A DNA stretch of 63,394 bases, counting the filler, from Octopus bimaculoides (taxonomy: Eukaryota): assembly GCF_001194135.2 (NCBI RefSeq). It is 4 parts of 3 records of this genome, joined end to end, with 100 filler letters (N's around TTAATTAATTAA, not from the genome) between each part and the next. Parts side by side here need not be neighbours in the genome. Positions count along the whole stretch, not along the records: positions 1 to 30,698 come from NC_068984.1; 3 more parts are not named here. The stretch is one strand, 5' to 3'. A program made the position numbers and the translations under genes. Below the pieces are notes generated by a model, which worked only from the letters and a program-made list of their open reading frames with translations, searched no databases and had not been told where the DNA came from. How positions within the stretch are numbered: the first letter of the stretch is position 1; every line of letters begins with the position of its first letter. Positions 1-11,312 of the stretch are shown here, one piece after another.

Positions 1-60
1 ATCGTCCAACCCATGCTAGCATGGAAAGCGGACGTTAAACGATGATGATGATGATGATGA

Positions 61-62
<2 letters not shown>
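1..62 (+). mobile_element. 3' end of SINE family C with (GAT)n tail, followed by (TA)n
   Basis: ATCGTCCAACCCATGCTAGCATGGAAAGCGGACGTTAAACGATGATGATG is identical to 22520 onward. Confidence 0.85.
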
Positions 63-102
<40 letters not shown>

Positions 103-108
<6 letters not shown>

Positions 109-545
109 TGTGCACTTATGCATTTATGGCCAAAGAAGACCGTCATTGACTATTAAGAACATTGTGCACTCAGATAGAATTATACTTTAGACTTGTGGCA
201 CTGCTGGTGACTAATGACCCCAGGTTAGATAAACATACATTTCTGTAGGTATTGCAAGCCAAAATTTCCCTATTCACTACACGAGCAGCATGTCTTTAAA
301 TTGGTCACTTAAATTCAGCACAAATGATGTGTTTTTCAAAAATACCCACCCCTTCCTTTATTTGTTTCCTAAATTTGTGGTGATGACAAGCATTGCTTTC
401 CCAGTTAATCTTCCATACCTCACATGCCTTCAACAAAGACTTTAAACAATCCTTAAAAGATAGTCTTGGTTTCTGCTGGGGGAACACTCCACAAACAAGT
501 TTACCATATAGCATCTGCTTAGGATTCAGCAATCATGCAGCCAAA
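103..545 (-). mobile_element. RTE-clade LINE 3' remnant (ORF2 C-terminus, Cys/His motif, 3' UTR)
   Basis: ORF 305..532 NPKQMLYGKL..KPRLSFKDCLKSLLK..WE.. matches the RTE pattern PKQLLYGEL..GRPKLRFKD.LK..WE. Downstream CNTYRNVCLSNLG/SHQQC (one frameshift) matches the RTE C..C.R.C.S..GL.SH...C tail. Confidence 0.75.
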
Positions 546-1533
546 AAGTAGTTTTGAGGTAAAACTAATTTGATCATGTTTAATTTTGCTTGTCGACTAT
601 TTCAAAGTTGATAGAAGTACTAGTAATAAGTCAGGGTCATATCAACTAATTATTTATAACACCAAAACCATGGAGGATTTTTGTCTAGGCAAAACAATAA
701 CCATATATAGAAACCTAAAGTGAAATTTTTTACCAGACTGTTAAATTATTTAAACTAAAACTCTTAAAAAAAGGATAAAAAGCAATAAACCAAAACAATT
801 TCCAAATATTTGATAAAATAAATGATGCAAAATTTTAATCATATTAGGATCATCTTGTTTTGTTAAAAATTTTCCCATTTTAATTTTATTTTTACTTTTC
901 ATATAATTAATGATAAGAAAAAAATATGAGTCGATGGTATTTTACAAAATTTGACTAAATAGGATGTTATATACTTTCACCAATATTTTTCTCTTATCAC
1001 ATTGAAATAATGCTAGCCAAGAAAATAAATATCTCAGATAATATCTAATGAAAATTGTGTTCAAAATTTGAAAATTCTAATTATTTCATTTTTGCTTTTT
1101 AATAATTTGGATCCGACCCAACATAATGAATTCCTAGAAGTTGCTTCAATATTTCTAATTCATTTACATGATGTGTATTTGTTTTATTACTTTTTCTATA
1201 ATATTGGAAGAACGATCTCATTACCTGTTAACATTATGGAAGAGAGTTGAAAAAAAAACTTTTAAAATTTGCATTAGTAACTAATTCGAACCATTAATAT
1301 TAGTTTTCTAGTAATTATGAGAACTTCATTATACATCTTATAAAAAAACTTTACTACATATTATTACATTGGGAAAGAAACGTAGCTAATACAGAACTGG
1401 AGTAAAATACCTAATGGTATTAAGTTATCCCTCTCTATATTCCAAGATATGTATATGTGTGTGTCTGCATAGATACTATATATGTATATATATATATATA
1501 TCTGTGGCTCATTGAGAAAATGTTTACTTTCAG

Positions 1534-1614
1534 CACTTTGCATGAAAGAATTGATTGTAAATAATGTTGTTTATAAACATTCTCAGACAAAAAATCATGC
1601 ACTTTCAAAGACAG
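1534..1614 (+). CDS. Candidate internal exon (phase 1-1), ALCMKELIVNNVVYKHSQTKNHALSKT; unverified
   Basis: TGTTTACTTTCAG acceptor, CAG|GTAAAA donor, 81 nt, only one open frame. No homology recognised. Confidence 0.15.
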
Positions 1615-1737
1615 GTAAAAAGTCAAAAATTTCAAATATATGGTTTCAAGTCCAATGGGCAGCCTTCAACTTTTTCCATCCAAGAGTTTTTCTTACCCCA
1701 ATATTTTGCATGTTATTATTTAGAGTTTTATTAAGAT

Positions 1738-1968
1738 AACAAGCTGGCAGAATCATTAGCAAGCTGAGCAAAATGCTAAGCAGTATTTTATGTCTTTACG
1801 TTCTGAGTTCAAATTCTACTCAGACTGGTTTTTGCCTTTCATTTTTTGGAGTCAAATAAGTACCTGTTGAGTACTAGGTGGGAATGAGGGTGGGGGAGCT
1901 GTCAATGGAAATGACTTACTCCGCCCTCCTAAAATGATGGTCCTGTGCCAAAATTTGAAATCAATATT
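1738..1968 (+). mobile_element. SINE family A (tRNA-like head), decayed, short-tail form
   Basis: AGCTGGCAGAATCATTAGC head, GAGTTCAAATTC B-box, tail GTGCCAAAATTTGAAATCAATATT. Confidence 0.75.
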
Positions 1969-2231
1969 TATAGCTTTATCTACTTCAAGATCCATGTCAA
2001 AAATGATTCCTTATATCTTTAGAAGTTTCTAAATGTTTATTGTGTAAGCAACATACAATTCACTCTAGTACAAATCAAGACTCTAAAATGGATGGAAAAT
2101 ATTAGATGGTTTGCTTTGGTAAAATTGTAGAATATCTGTCATTTAAAATCCAATATGCAGTTTTGACATGTTCAACCCAAGGGGGTTTTAATTCAATATT
2201 TTACATGAAACTATTTATTACTTAATATAAA

Positions 2232-2410
2232 GTGCTGAGCTGACAAAATCGTTAGCATGCTGCACAAAATGGTCAGTAACAATTTGTCTGGCTTTACATT
2301 CACAGTTCAAATTTGACCAAGATCAGTTCTGACTTTCCTCTTTTCAGAACCAAAAAGTTCCAGATAACCATTGAAGTTTATGTAATTGACTAGCTCTCTC
2401 CTTAATTTCG
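2232..2410 (+). mobile_element. SINE family A, decayed
   Basis: GAGCTGACAAAATCGTTAGCATG...CAGTTCAAATTT head variant. Confidence 0.6.
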
Positions 2411-2609
2411 AGCATTTTACCTATAGGAGAAAGGATTATCTATTGCTTTATTGACTTCAAGTTCCACCATTTAAGATCATTTATTTCTGTATGAGTGCAT
2501 AATTATGCTTGTATAACTTCTATATATGCATAAAGTACATGCATTTGTATTTACGTGCATGTGTCTACATGAGTAGCACAGCTGTGTGCATGTGTTTGCA
2601 TGAGTGTAT

Positions 2610-2962
2610 TGCTGTACTCAAGAAAACCCATATGCCACAGCAGAAGTGTTAAGACTGGTGCCTCTGGTGGGGAAAAGTATTCGTGGTGGTGCCATGTAAA
2701 AGTACCCAAGTAAAACCATGTAAAAGTGCCTGTGTGATGTCACATAAAAGTGTCTGTGTGGCACCACATAAAAGCACCTGTGCGTGTAAAAGCACACTGT
2801 ACACTCTGTAAAGCAGTTGGTGTTATGATAGAAATGCAGCCATAGAAACCATGCCAAATCAGAGTGGAGTCTGATGTAGCTTCCCAACTCTGATCAAACC
2901 ATCCGACCCATGCCAGTAAAGACAACAGACGTATGATGATGACGATGACGACGATGATGATG
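2610..2962 (+). mobile_element. SINE family C variant with internal ~22-bp tandem units and (GAT/GAC)n tail
   Basis: Repeated GTGCCATGTAAAAG-like units, then TACACTCTG..CGACCCATGCCAGT..GATGATGAC. The head is shared with 16110-16270. Confidence 0.7.
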
Positions 2963-4237
2963 TTTCCTTGTCTTTACCTCCTCTTCTGAACGTTTTTCTA
3001 ATCAGCTGATGTTTCTTTACTTTTACATCCTTTGAACATTTCTTCTCTTTCCACAAATATTTCTTACTTCTTCCATGTTCTTCCTTACATACTCTCTTTT
3101 TCACTGTTACCACAATTTTTCTTCATTCTCCCTGTTTTAAATCTATTTATTCAGCAACGCATTGCATCTCTCTACCTCACAAAAAAGTATTACCTGAATC
3201 ATTAAAATCATTTTCATCCTGCTGGCATTAAATCTATTCCATTGTTTGAATTCTTTATATTATTTAAGGATCGCATTGATAAAGCAAACTAAATAAAATT
3301 GTTCTAAAAATTTATTCTAATTTTATGTTTAGGAAAAGGCATTTTATCTCAAAAAAAAAAAAAAGATAGAGAAACTATCGAAATATCTAACATGATATAT
3401 TTTCATAGCTCTGTATTTTGACTTCATATCTTCCTGTAACTGACTTGGCTGCCATACTTCCTTGGTTAAAATAATAAGTAGCACTCATACACAAGTACTG
3501 ATTCTATCAAGTAGGTACTTTTCTAAAACAGTATTCTGTTATTTGGTTATGACCCTTAACATTCTTAGTTCAAATCTCACCTAAGTTCACTAGACCTTTC
3601 CTCCATCAGAGGTAAATAATATAAATGCTAGACTTAATGTAATCAATTGTAAAATGTATTACAATATGCTTTACCCCATTGGAGGAAGCCAGTAAAATAA
3701 CAAAAGAATTACTTAGTTTAATCTATATAATAGACAAATGTTTTAATTCTTAAAGGCTTAAATAGTCCTGTAGTTTTTGGTTTTAAATTGAGTATTTTAG
3801 ATAATAAAAAAAAGTACAGCTCTTTTTGTCCCTCAGATAGTTCAGTGGAGTTTGTGAAGGCTATGGACAATATTCCTTTCTCCTAACTTATTAAAACTAA
3901 TAACTCTATATTATTCTATTAATGACAAATGTCTAAAGGCCATTATGACAAAACATGTCATGTCCAAACGGGTCGACAATGACTACTTGGGATCTTATCA
4001 ATGATGCAAGTTTGATACATTGGAATGGTTTTCAACCACTTTTTTGCAGTCATGAGAGGATTTGTGCCATAGAAGCCAGGAGAAATACTGCAAAGCAGTT
4101 TGTCTGATGTCTAATGATTCAGCCAATCAACTAACCTTAAATCAGATTAAAAGTAATTTTAATTATTGATCTAAAGATTTTCTTTCATTAGCTTAAGTAC
4201 AATATTAAGTGGATTTTTCTTCTTACAACATTATGTA

Positions 4238-4662
4238 CAAGGGGGTGCTGAAAAGTTTCTGGCTTTGTGTAAAAGAAAATATGAGAGGATCAGTTATGAT
4301 TTTATTAAACATACTCCCCTCTCAGATTTGCACACCTATTGCAGCGATCTTTTAGCTTTTATAAGCCCTGTAAAAGAACTTAGAATGTTGGGTTTCTAAT
4401 CAGGCCTTTTGTGATACCCATAACTCTTTAGCACTCAGATTATGCTATCAAATGCAATGCTTATTTGTTCACATTGTTTTGATGTGACCATGAATTATTT
4501 TTCAGCTTCAAGATTTCAATGATGTGATTGTTTCCTTTTTAAAAAGACATTGTATGGCAGGTGGATGAGTCCAGATCTGGCTGGTTTGAATATATATCAT
4601 AGAAAATATTTGGACCTGATATGGCCAGTTTAAATACAAAGGAACTTTTCAGCACCTCTTCG
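4238..4662. mobile_element. Tc1/mariner-type MITE with TIRs and TA target duplication
   Basis: Left TA|CAAGGGGGTGCTGAAAAGTTTC; right GGAACTTTTCAGCACCTCTTCG|TA, whose reverse complement is CGAAGAGGTGCTGAAAAGTTCC. No ORF. Confidence 0.8.
4420..4645. mobile_element. Possible second MITE nested in the mariner MITE (decayed TTAACCCTTT-like ends)
   Basis: TAACTCTTTAGCACT at the left and TTTAAATACAAAGG at the right resemble an inverted TTAACCCTTTAGCATT terminus; family recognised from memory only. Confidence 0.4.
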
Positions 4663-6434
4663 TATAATGACATCAAGTTGACCATTAATAAAATAAGTTC
4701 ATTTTGCTCTTTGAGAATAACAAAGTAAGTATCAAGATGAATTAGTATATTCCTTATTGCAAGTGCAAGTGCATCTATGCTATAATGGAGAAAGCTGCTT
4801 ACTAATTAGGTATGTAACAATTACTAAAAGTAGTAAAAGAAAGCAATTATTAAAGGGCTGACTGTCTGGAAATAGTTTTATAAAAGTAGTTTGCTCCAAG
4901 GTTTGGCAACCATTGAGAAATATGTTTAAAAGAAAATATGAAAGTACATCAGATTCCAATTTATATTACTAATTTTTATCAATATAGAAATGTTGTAATC
5001 CATACACACACATGCATGCATGCTTGCATACACACACACATACATACACACAATCATCCCCCCACCACCACAAACACACACACACATACATACACACAGG
5101 GAGTTGCAGTAGGGAATTGCAGCAGAGAGTTGCAGAATGAAATCACCTCATTTTTGCTGCATATGTGTTGCTAAATATACTCTAATGGATATATCTTTAT
5201 AGATTATATATAATTTTACAAGAGAACATTTATTTACTCAAAGCTGAATGAGGTTTAATGGAATCTCAAAACGTTCATTGCCTATCTCAAACATTTTCTC
5301 AAAGAGTTTTAATCAGGAAAATTTATTTTAAAACAAGACAAAATAGATATCTTTATATATAATTAACTCATTTGCTCTATGGTATATTGAGTAATTTTAA
5401 GTTCTGAGTGGTTACATAATGTTAATTAATTTCACTTTCTCAATTTCTTTTATTTATTTATTCATTTATTTATCTATTTATGTGTTGTTTCTTCGTGATT
5501 GAACACAGTTTTGTAACTTTGGCTATTTCTATTGGAATTAGTGGAGCATAAACTTTTACTCTTCTTAATTTTAACCATTCAACTGAATATTTGTTTAGTT
5601 ACTAGACAGACTGAAGCAAATAGAGTGAAATACCTCAGAATATTTCTAAGTTTGGTCAAGCAAAGCTGATTGGAGTTACACAGAAAGCAACAACAATATA
5701 ATACACTTGAGAAGGGTTGAAATCTATCTATGATTAATAAAGGTAATAAAATTTAGTAGAAGTAAAAGCCTTGCTATAAATCACAATTTATAAAAGTATT
5801 TTGTCCTCATACCTCTTATATCAAAGTTAGAAGACATTGCATTGCTAATCAATGTGGTGACAATTGACAGCTGAAACAACAACATTACTACTATTATGAT
5901 ACTAAACTTAATCTTGAGTATCATTCTTAGCTTATAATACAATTAGCTGCATAATAAGCATGGATATTGCTGTATAATCTACCAACCCCTGTTACTTTTC
6001 TGTTCTAGTTTTAACAGTTTTACTTCTGATTAAGCCTACAAATTTCGGGTTGTACTGATCTGCAAATTCAAGACATTAGTTTCAAATCTTATAATCTTAC
6101 ATTTAAAAAAAAATTATATCAGGTGTTTCATATTTTTTAATGAAGTATACTCTTCGACAAATTTGTATCATCCAATTAAATATAATATCATAATGAAACA
6201 GAAATAATTGTATAAACAAATATTCTGAAGACAAATAAAAGTAATTATATCTATGAACGACATAAGACAAATTGTAGGTTATTATCTAATTTATACATTT
6301 AGGAAACATTAGAAATGTGAATACTGTAAAATCAAATAAATATTGATAAATGCCAGTCCATTGTGTTCATTGAGAATTTCAACTGTTTGGAATTATTAAA
6401 ATTTGAAATACAGTGGGTATTATAGAATAAGAAG

Positions 6435-6521
6435 ATTTCTGTGTAGTCACTTGCCATTGCCAAATGTTCTTCGAGTCACATCCTAGTATCTTCAAAACAG
6501 AGGAAGGATGTGTATGACAGC
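6435..6521 (+). mobile_element. SINE family G fragment
   Basis: 87 bp nearly identical to 7655-7741. Confidence 0.65.
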
Positions 6522-6569
6522 TGCAACCTAGTTTGAACTTCTGGGTGAAGTATCTTCATCTTTATTTTT

Positions 6570-6772
6570 AATATTGGCTTCAAATATTGGCACAAGGTGA
6601 GCAAAGATGATTACATCGAACCTAATGCTCAACTAATACTTGTTTCATCAACCTCGAAAGAATGAAAGGTGAAGTTGGCCTCAGAGGAATTTGAATTCAG
6701 AATGTAAAGACATCTAAAATGCCACTAAGCATTTTTCAGGCATGCTAATGATACTGCCAGCTCACCACCTTA
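6570..6772 (-). mobile_element. SINE family A, short-tail form
   Basis: Reverse complement gives GGTGGTGAGCTGGCAG..CTGAATTCAAATTCC..CTTTCATTCTTTCGAGG..CCTTGTGCCAATATTTGAAGCC. Confidence 0.8.
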
Positions 6773-6802
6773 CATTTCTCTTTGTTATATTAATCATCGT
6801 TA

Positions 6803-7022
6803 AGGCGATGAGCTAGTAGAAACATTAGCCCATCGGGCAAAATGCTTAGCAGCATTTTGTCCGTCCTGATGTTCTGAGTTCAAATTCTGCTAAGGTTGAC
6901 TTTGCTGTTCATCCTTTGAGGGTCGATAAAATATATACCAGTTGAGCACTGGGGGTGATGTAATTGACTTACCTCTTCACCCAAAATTGCTGGCCTTGTG
7001 CCAAAATTAGAAACCAATATTA
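6803..7022 (+). mobile_element. SINE family A, short-tail form, head-to-head with the previous copy
   Basis: GGCGATGAGCTAGTAGAAACATTAGC..GAGTTCAAATTC..GGGTCGATAAAATATATACCAG..CCTTGTGCCAAAATTAGAAACCAATATT. Confidence 0.85.
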
Positions 7023-7395
7023 ATCATCATTTCACATTTTTTTCTGTGACAGCAGGTATTGAACAGGTCTCAACATCTCACAATCTGTGATTCTTTTTCT
7101 TAGTAGCCTCTGTGTTTCTTTTTTAATAGATGAAAATAACTATCATGGTCTGTTTTCATCTCACAGGCACAATAATGTGTCATCATATATGACATAGTTT
7201 TAGAGCGAGATGTTCTTTTTAGCACAAAACACTTAGATAGAAGAAGGAATGTTAATGAGTAAATGTGAACATTGAATTCACCCAAACTAATCATCTGCAT
7301 TTCAACAAGGCTAGGGAATTTTGTGTCAGTTCCTCCAATGTTTATAACAGGAAATAATTTCTCATCTATACTAGTCCTACTAGTACAACACTTAC

Positions 7396-7453
7396 TTTGA
7401 CAGGCGAGAGATAAAAGTATTAGAAACTGAGAGATAAATGTCACAAAATACAT
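7396..7453 (-). CDS. Candidate signal-peptide exon MYFVTFISQFLILLSLACQ ending in phase 1; unverified
   Basis: ATG at 7453, a hydrophobic 19-aa stretch, and a consensus donor CAAA|GTAAGT at 7395. No downstream exon identified. Confidence 0.2.
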
Positions 7454-7654
7454 AAGAGTATAGAAAAACCATGAGCTACATACTGAAAAAGTGTTCTCTC
7501 ATAACTACTTTTCCTATTTATATGACTGTATTAAGGCTCACAAGAATGTCTTCAGTCTAAGCCTTCTCACATTTCACATATGATATATATTAAGACACTA
7601 CTGATGAAAATGGATTGGCTGCAATTAAAGTTCCTTAAGTTACTTATACAAAGC

Positions 7655-7870
7655 ATTTCTGTGTAGTCACTTGCCATTGCCAAATGTCCTTTGAGTCACA
7701 TCCTAGCATCTTCAAAACAGAGGAAGAATGTGTATGACAGCGTGATCTTCGATAAACTGCATCTAAGTATCTAAAAATCAAAGAAAACAATGATAGTCAT
7801 CGTTGGGATGTCGTGTTAACATAGGTCTACTTCACTGGAGGTGACCTATAAGGAGCTAAACAACAACAAC
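7655..7870 (+). mobile_element. SINE family G with RTE-like (CAA)n tail
   Basis: Ends GGTCTACTTCACTGGAGGTGACCTATAAGGAGCTAAACAACAACAAC. Related pieces at ~9010-9085, ~9270-9465 and ~59865-59925. Confidence 0.65.
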
Positions 7871-7890
7871 AGCTGTATACATTCCTACAG

Positions 7891-7933
7891 ATCTCAAAAT
7901 GAGCAGCTGTATAAATTTTTCAGTGAATATTAG
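7891..7933 (+). CDS. Candidate exon (phase 1-2), LKMSSCINFSVNI; unverified
   Basis: ATTCCTACAG acceptor, TAG|GTAAGT consensus donor, 43 nt. Confidence 0.2.
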
Positions 7934-8079
7934 GTAAGTATCAATATGCTTTTAGTTTTAGTTGTAAACATCCTCTCTAGAGCAGCTGAAACTATATACA
8001 CCTTCCTTCCTTTTATGACTGCTAAGAAGATAGGTCACAAATTTGTTGCTTTGTTCTCACATGTACACTTGAAATTACA

Positions 8080-8800
8080 AGGGGAATTCTACAATACAAC
8101 CAACATACAATCTAAGTACAAGAACGATGTATGCTATGAAAGGAAAGCCTTTGCACAGGCTGAAAAATGCAAATCCACTGAATCATATTATTTTGGAATA
8201 GTGTGGGTAATAAAGGTTCATACTTCAGGTTTGCACATTATCACTAGATGATATATGGCACATACTTTTACTCTGACTGACTGGATAAAATTAAACCCAG
8301 TAAAGAAATCATACCATCTTAGTAACCTTCACAATGACACCACATTTAAGTTTGAGCATTTGATATCTTGATTCATTCAACGGCCTACTTGATTTCATTG
8401 TGAACATGCTGCCAGGAAGCATGTGGCTACTATAAGGAAGAGATATAATGGAACATAATCTTGTACTCTAAGCTGGAGCAAGTTTTCAGCCTGGAAGCAG
8501 ACAATGAGCTTGCATATCATATGGTTGGATGTAATGGTGTTAAAGATTGTGTATCTCCATGAAGGAAATTCATTATTAAAAAATCTGCAAAGATGATGTT
8601 ATGGAAACTGTTCAAAGAGAGTTTGCAGACCCAAAGCAAACTGCAGAACCAATCCAGTAGACAGATTCATCAAACAGTTCATCAACAACAATGCCCCAGG
8701 TTGTGGATAGAGTGCAAAGAATGATAATGAAAGTCTACACTGCAGTGGATGCAGACTACACAGTATCAGCAGCTACATTGTTATGTCTGAAAGAAAATTA
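8080..8800 (+). mobile_element. Possible decayed Mutator-like (MULE) transposase
   Basis: Broken frames read VIKVHTSGLHII, LHNDTTFKFEHLIS and LEADNELAYH..CNG, loosely like metazoan MULE motifs (YDTTF.LG.F; VTD.E.A..CWNH). Many stops. Confidence 0.3.
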
Positions 8801-9524
8801 AGAATAGTATGAATGGAAGTTTCTCACCTTCGTCATTCTTGTCATTTCATGATCACTTTCCATGCTGAGTATGGGCTGGACAGTTTGACAAAATCTGACA
8901 GGTAGGAGGACCACATAGTGCTTCAATATCTCAGTTTTGTCTTGTTTTCTATGGTTGTATACCCATTCAAGCACCAACAATTTTATTATATAATTAGTAT
9001 AAAGAGGAAGCAGGTCAATTGATCTGCTAGAAATAGCAACCAACATCCCTCAGATTACACTCTCCAGTCTTAAGAAAACAAGATTTGTTTTAACCATAGA
9101 TTAGCTTGATAGGAATTGGCAGTGTGCTAAGAAACAACAGCTGCAACAACACACAATAACTGTTTAGATTCGGCTATGAAGTGCTTTTGGTCAAATGCAC
9201 ATATGCTACAATCTGCAATGAATTTCTGATGAGAAAAAATGTGAACTAAAGGGATAATATTGAAGCTTCTATGTGGTTACTCAATTAGCTTGAAATGATG
9301 GACAAAGCTCCCTCAAGTTACACTACTATTTTATTACAAATAGGTTCTTTTGATGTTAGCTAAAATACACAATAGATAGAAAGAAGTTTGGTTAGTCATG
9401 ACGGAAATGCTATTTAATGATAGTTCTGCCTGGTCAGAACCAACTTGGGATTAAATAACAGCAATGAAACAGAGTTAACAAATACTTACAGTTGGGAAGT
9501 ACACTTAGTGACTTCTTCTCATAG

Positions 9525-9595
9525 ACAGTACCAGGCCATTTACACTTATAAGCACAAATATAATTCAAAGTACAATAAATTAAGTCCAACACCAG
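9525..9595 (+). CDS. Candidate exon (phase 2-1), QYQAIYTYKHKYNSKYNKLSPTP; unverified
   Basis: CTTCTTCTCATAG acceptor, CAG|GTATGA donor, single open frame, phase-compatible with 7891-7933. Confidence 0.15.
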
Positions 9596-10228
9596 GTATG
9601 ACCACTTCCTCGTACAATTGAAATCCATATTTAACTATGACGAGACCTTGAATAATAGAGATATATATTCAAATACCTAAGCTCAATATAAGCACCTTAT
9701 TATTCTAGGTCTCATGTATAATCGGTCCATGCTTTTGGTATTATATTTTTCGGAGCAAAATATTTAATCATGAATGTGTTTATACAACAAGTAACTAAAT
9801 ACAAAACAGAACTAACAAATATCTAATAATTTTAAACGTTCATGTTTGAAACTTTATATAGCAAATGCTCATTCAACATTGACTAATTTTGCAGTAAAGC
9901 TTGAATCTTTATTCAATTATATTGCTCTATATATCAAATATTAACATTATTCATTTTAATATTTCATACCTCTGAGATAGATAAAATAAATGCTAAATTA
10001 CTCCTTTAAATATCAATAGAGTGAAACAGCCAAGTGATGAGAGATTCTAGAATATTTGATGTAAAATCAGTGATTCGTGTACTTGAATATAAATCCAGAT
10101 CTTATTTTATCAGATATTTGGCAACAATAGAAGTTTTACAAGATATCTTATAAATAGGAGCATATCTTGTGATAAATTTTAAACATAGGTGTAAGTCTTC
10201 AAGATAAATTTTTAAAATTGGTACTGTC

Positions 10229-10385
10229 ATGGCTGTGTGGTTAAAAAGTTTACTTTCCTATGACAGGGTTTCAGGCTCAGTTTCACTTCATGGCACCTTG
10301 AGCAGATATCTCCTGCTTTCGCCCTGACCAACAAAAGCCTTTTAAGAGGAGCTGGTAGCAAAAACTGAAATAAAACCTTCATATG
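10229..10385 (+). mobile_element. SINE family B head, decayed
   Basis: TGGCTGTGTGGTTAA A-box region, GGCTCAGTTTCAC, GGCACCTTGAGCAG. Confidence 0.65.
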
Positions 10386-10396
10386 TATGTCTCTTC

Positions 10397-10900
10397 AATT
10401 TTTTAATTATTATAAATCTTCCACTGAGGAGGAAGCTGGTTTCCAACAAAGATACAAGGCTCCATCTTTGGGATGTAGTTAACACAGACAAATTCACATT
10501 TGGAACTTGCATATTTTTACTATTCCACTCACAGATTGCACTTGTAATGTATGAATTAGCTGGTAAATTTCTCTTTTTGAAAATCCCAGTTTATCCAGAT
10601 TCTCCTTTAAGCATTTACTAAAAAAACCTAGTGCACCAATTATTATTGGTATGAATAAGAATCCATAGTCTGGATATAGAAGCTGGAGGTTCTGAAGCAG
10701 TTGCCCATAGACATCCTCCTTTCTTGGATTTTCAAAGAGATATTTATATCTGCAGGGCAGCTGACCTCTATGATGGTACATACCTTTGTCCCTGTCCCAA
10801 ACCACAATATCCGGCTTGTTATGTTTACATTTGACAGAAGTTTTGATGGGAATATTCCACCAGTATTCTTTCACTAGTAAGTTATTAAAGAAGACATAAG
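10397..10900 (-). mobile_element. 3' end of a non-LTR retrotransposon with a restriction-like endonuclease (R4/Dong-like)
   Basis: KEYWWNIPIKT..HNKPDIVVWD; the alternative frame reads VCTIIEVSCPADIN (two compensating frameshifts); then PIIIGALG. This is the PD..(D/E)-type RLE signature. A TAATAATTAAAA-like 3' tail lies near 10400. Confidence 0.8.
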
Positions 10901-11002
10901 TACTCTTCTCATTTTACTTGGACTCAGCAACTAAACCAAGATCTACTTTGGTCTGTATGTATGTATGCATGCATGCATATATATATATGGATGTTTGCCA
11001 GT

Positions 11003-11046
11003 TACACACCTGTCTTCGTCTTTTGTTCTTTTGTAAATTCTCACTA
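11003..11046 (+). mobile_element. 3'-terminal fragment of family F (Penelope-end-like)
   Basis: CACCTGTCTTCGTCTTTTGTTCTTTTGTAAATTCTCACTA is the reverse complement of the end shared by the copies at 34372, 39857 and 41592. Confidence 0.7.
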
Positions 11047-11084
11047 TGTATGTATGTATGTGCATATATATATGTGTGTGAGTG

Positions 11085-11312
11085 TGTGTAACTGAGTATC
11101 ATAGTCATACAAGCAACGTTGATCTTTTCCATGTTCTGTGAAAATATATCTGGTCATGAGAAAACACTACATTGTTTGGAAACAGGTGACAGTTAGTAAC
11201 AAAAATTACATCCAATCATAATAAGTCTTCCTCAATCAAATTTGTTTGACCCATGTTAGAAAGTAAAAGTGGACCTTAAAATGATGATAATGATGATGAT
11301 GTTGATGATGAT
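11085..11312 (+). mobile_element. Decayed SINE sharing the family C 3' tail
   Basis: GACCCATGTTAGAAAGTAAAAGTGGACCTTAAAATGATGATAATGATG. Confidence 0.55.

Noticed and set aside
7100-7395. Remainder of the 117-aa minus-strand ORF as a channel or receptor ectodomain
   Set aside because: No family motif was convincingly matched, and an ORF of this length is roughly expected by chance in a window this size.
10425-10460. CTGAGGA-GGAAGC..GTTTCC as a further hammerhead
   Set aside because: No GAAA follows the stem, the loop would be only 2 nt, and it lies antisense in a LINE 3' UTR.
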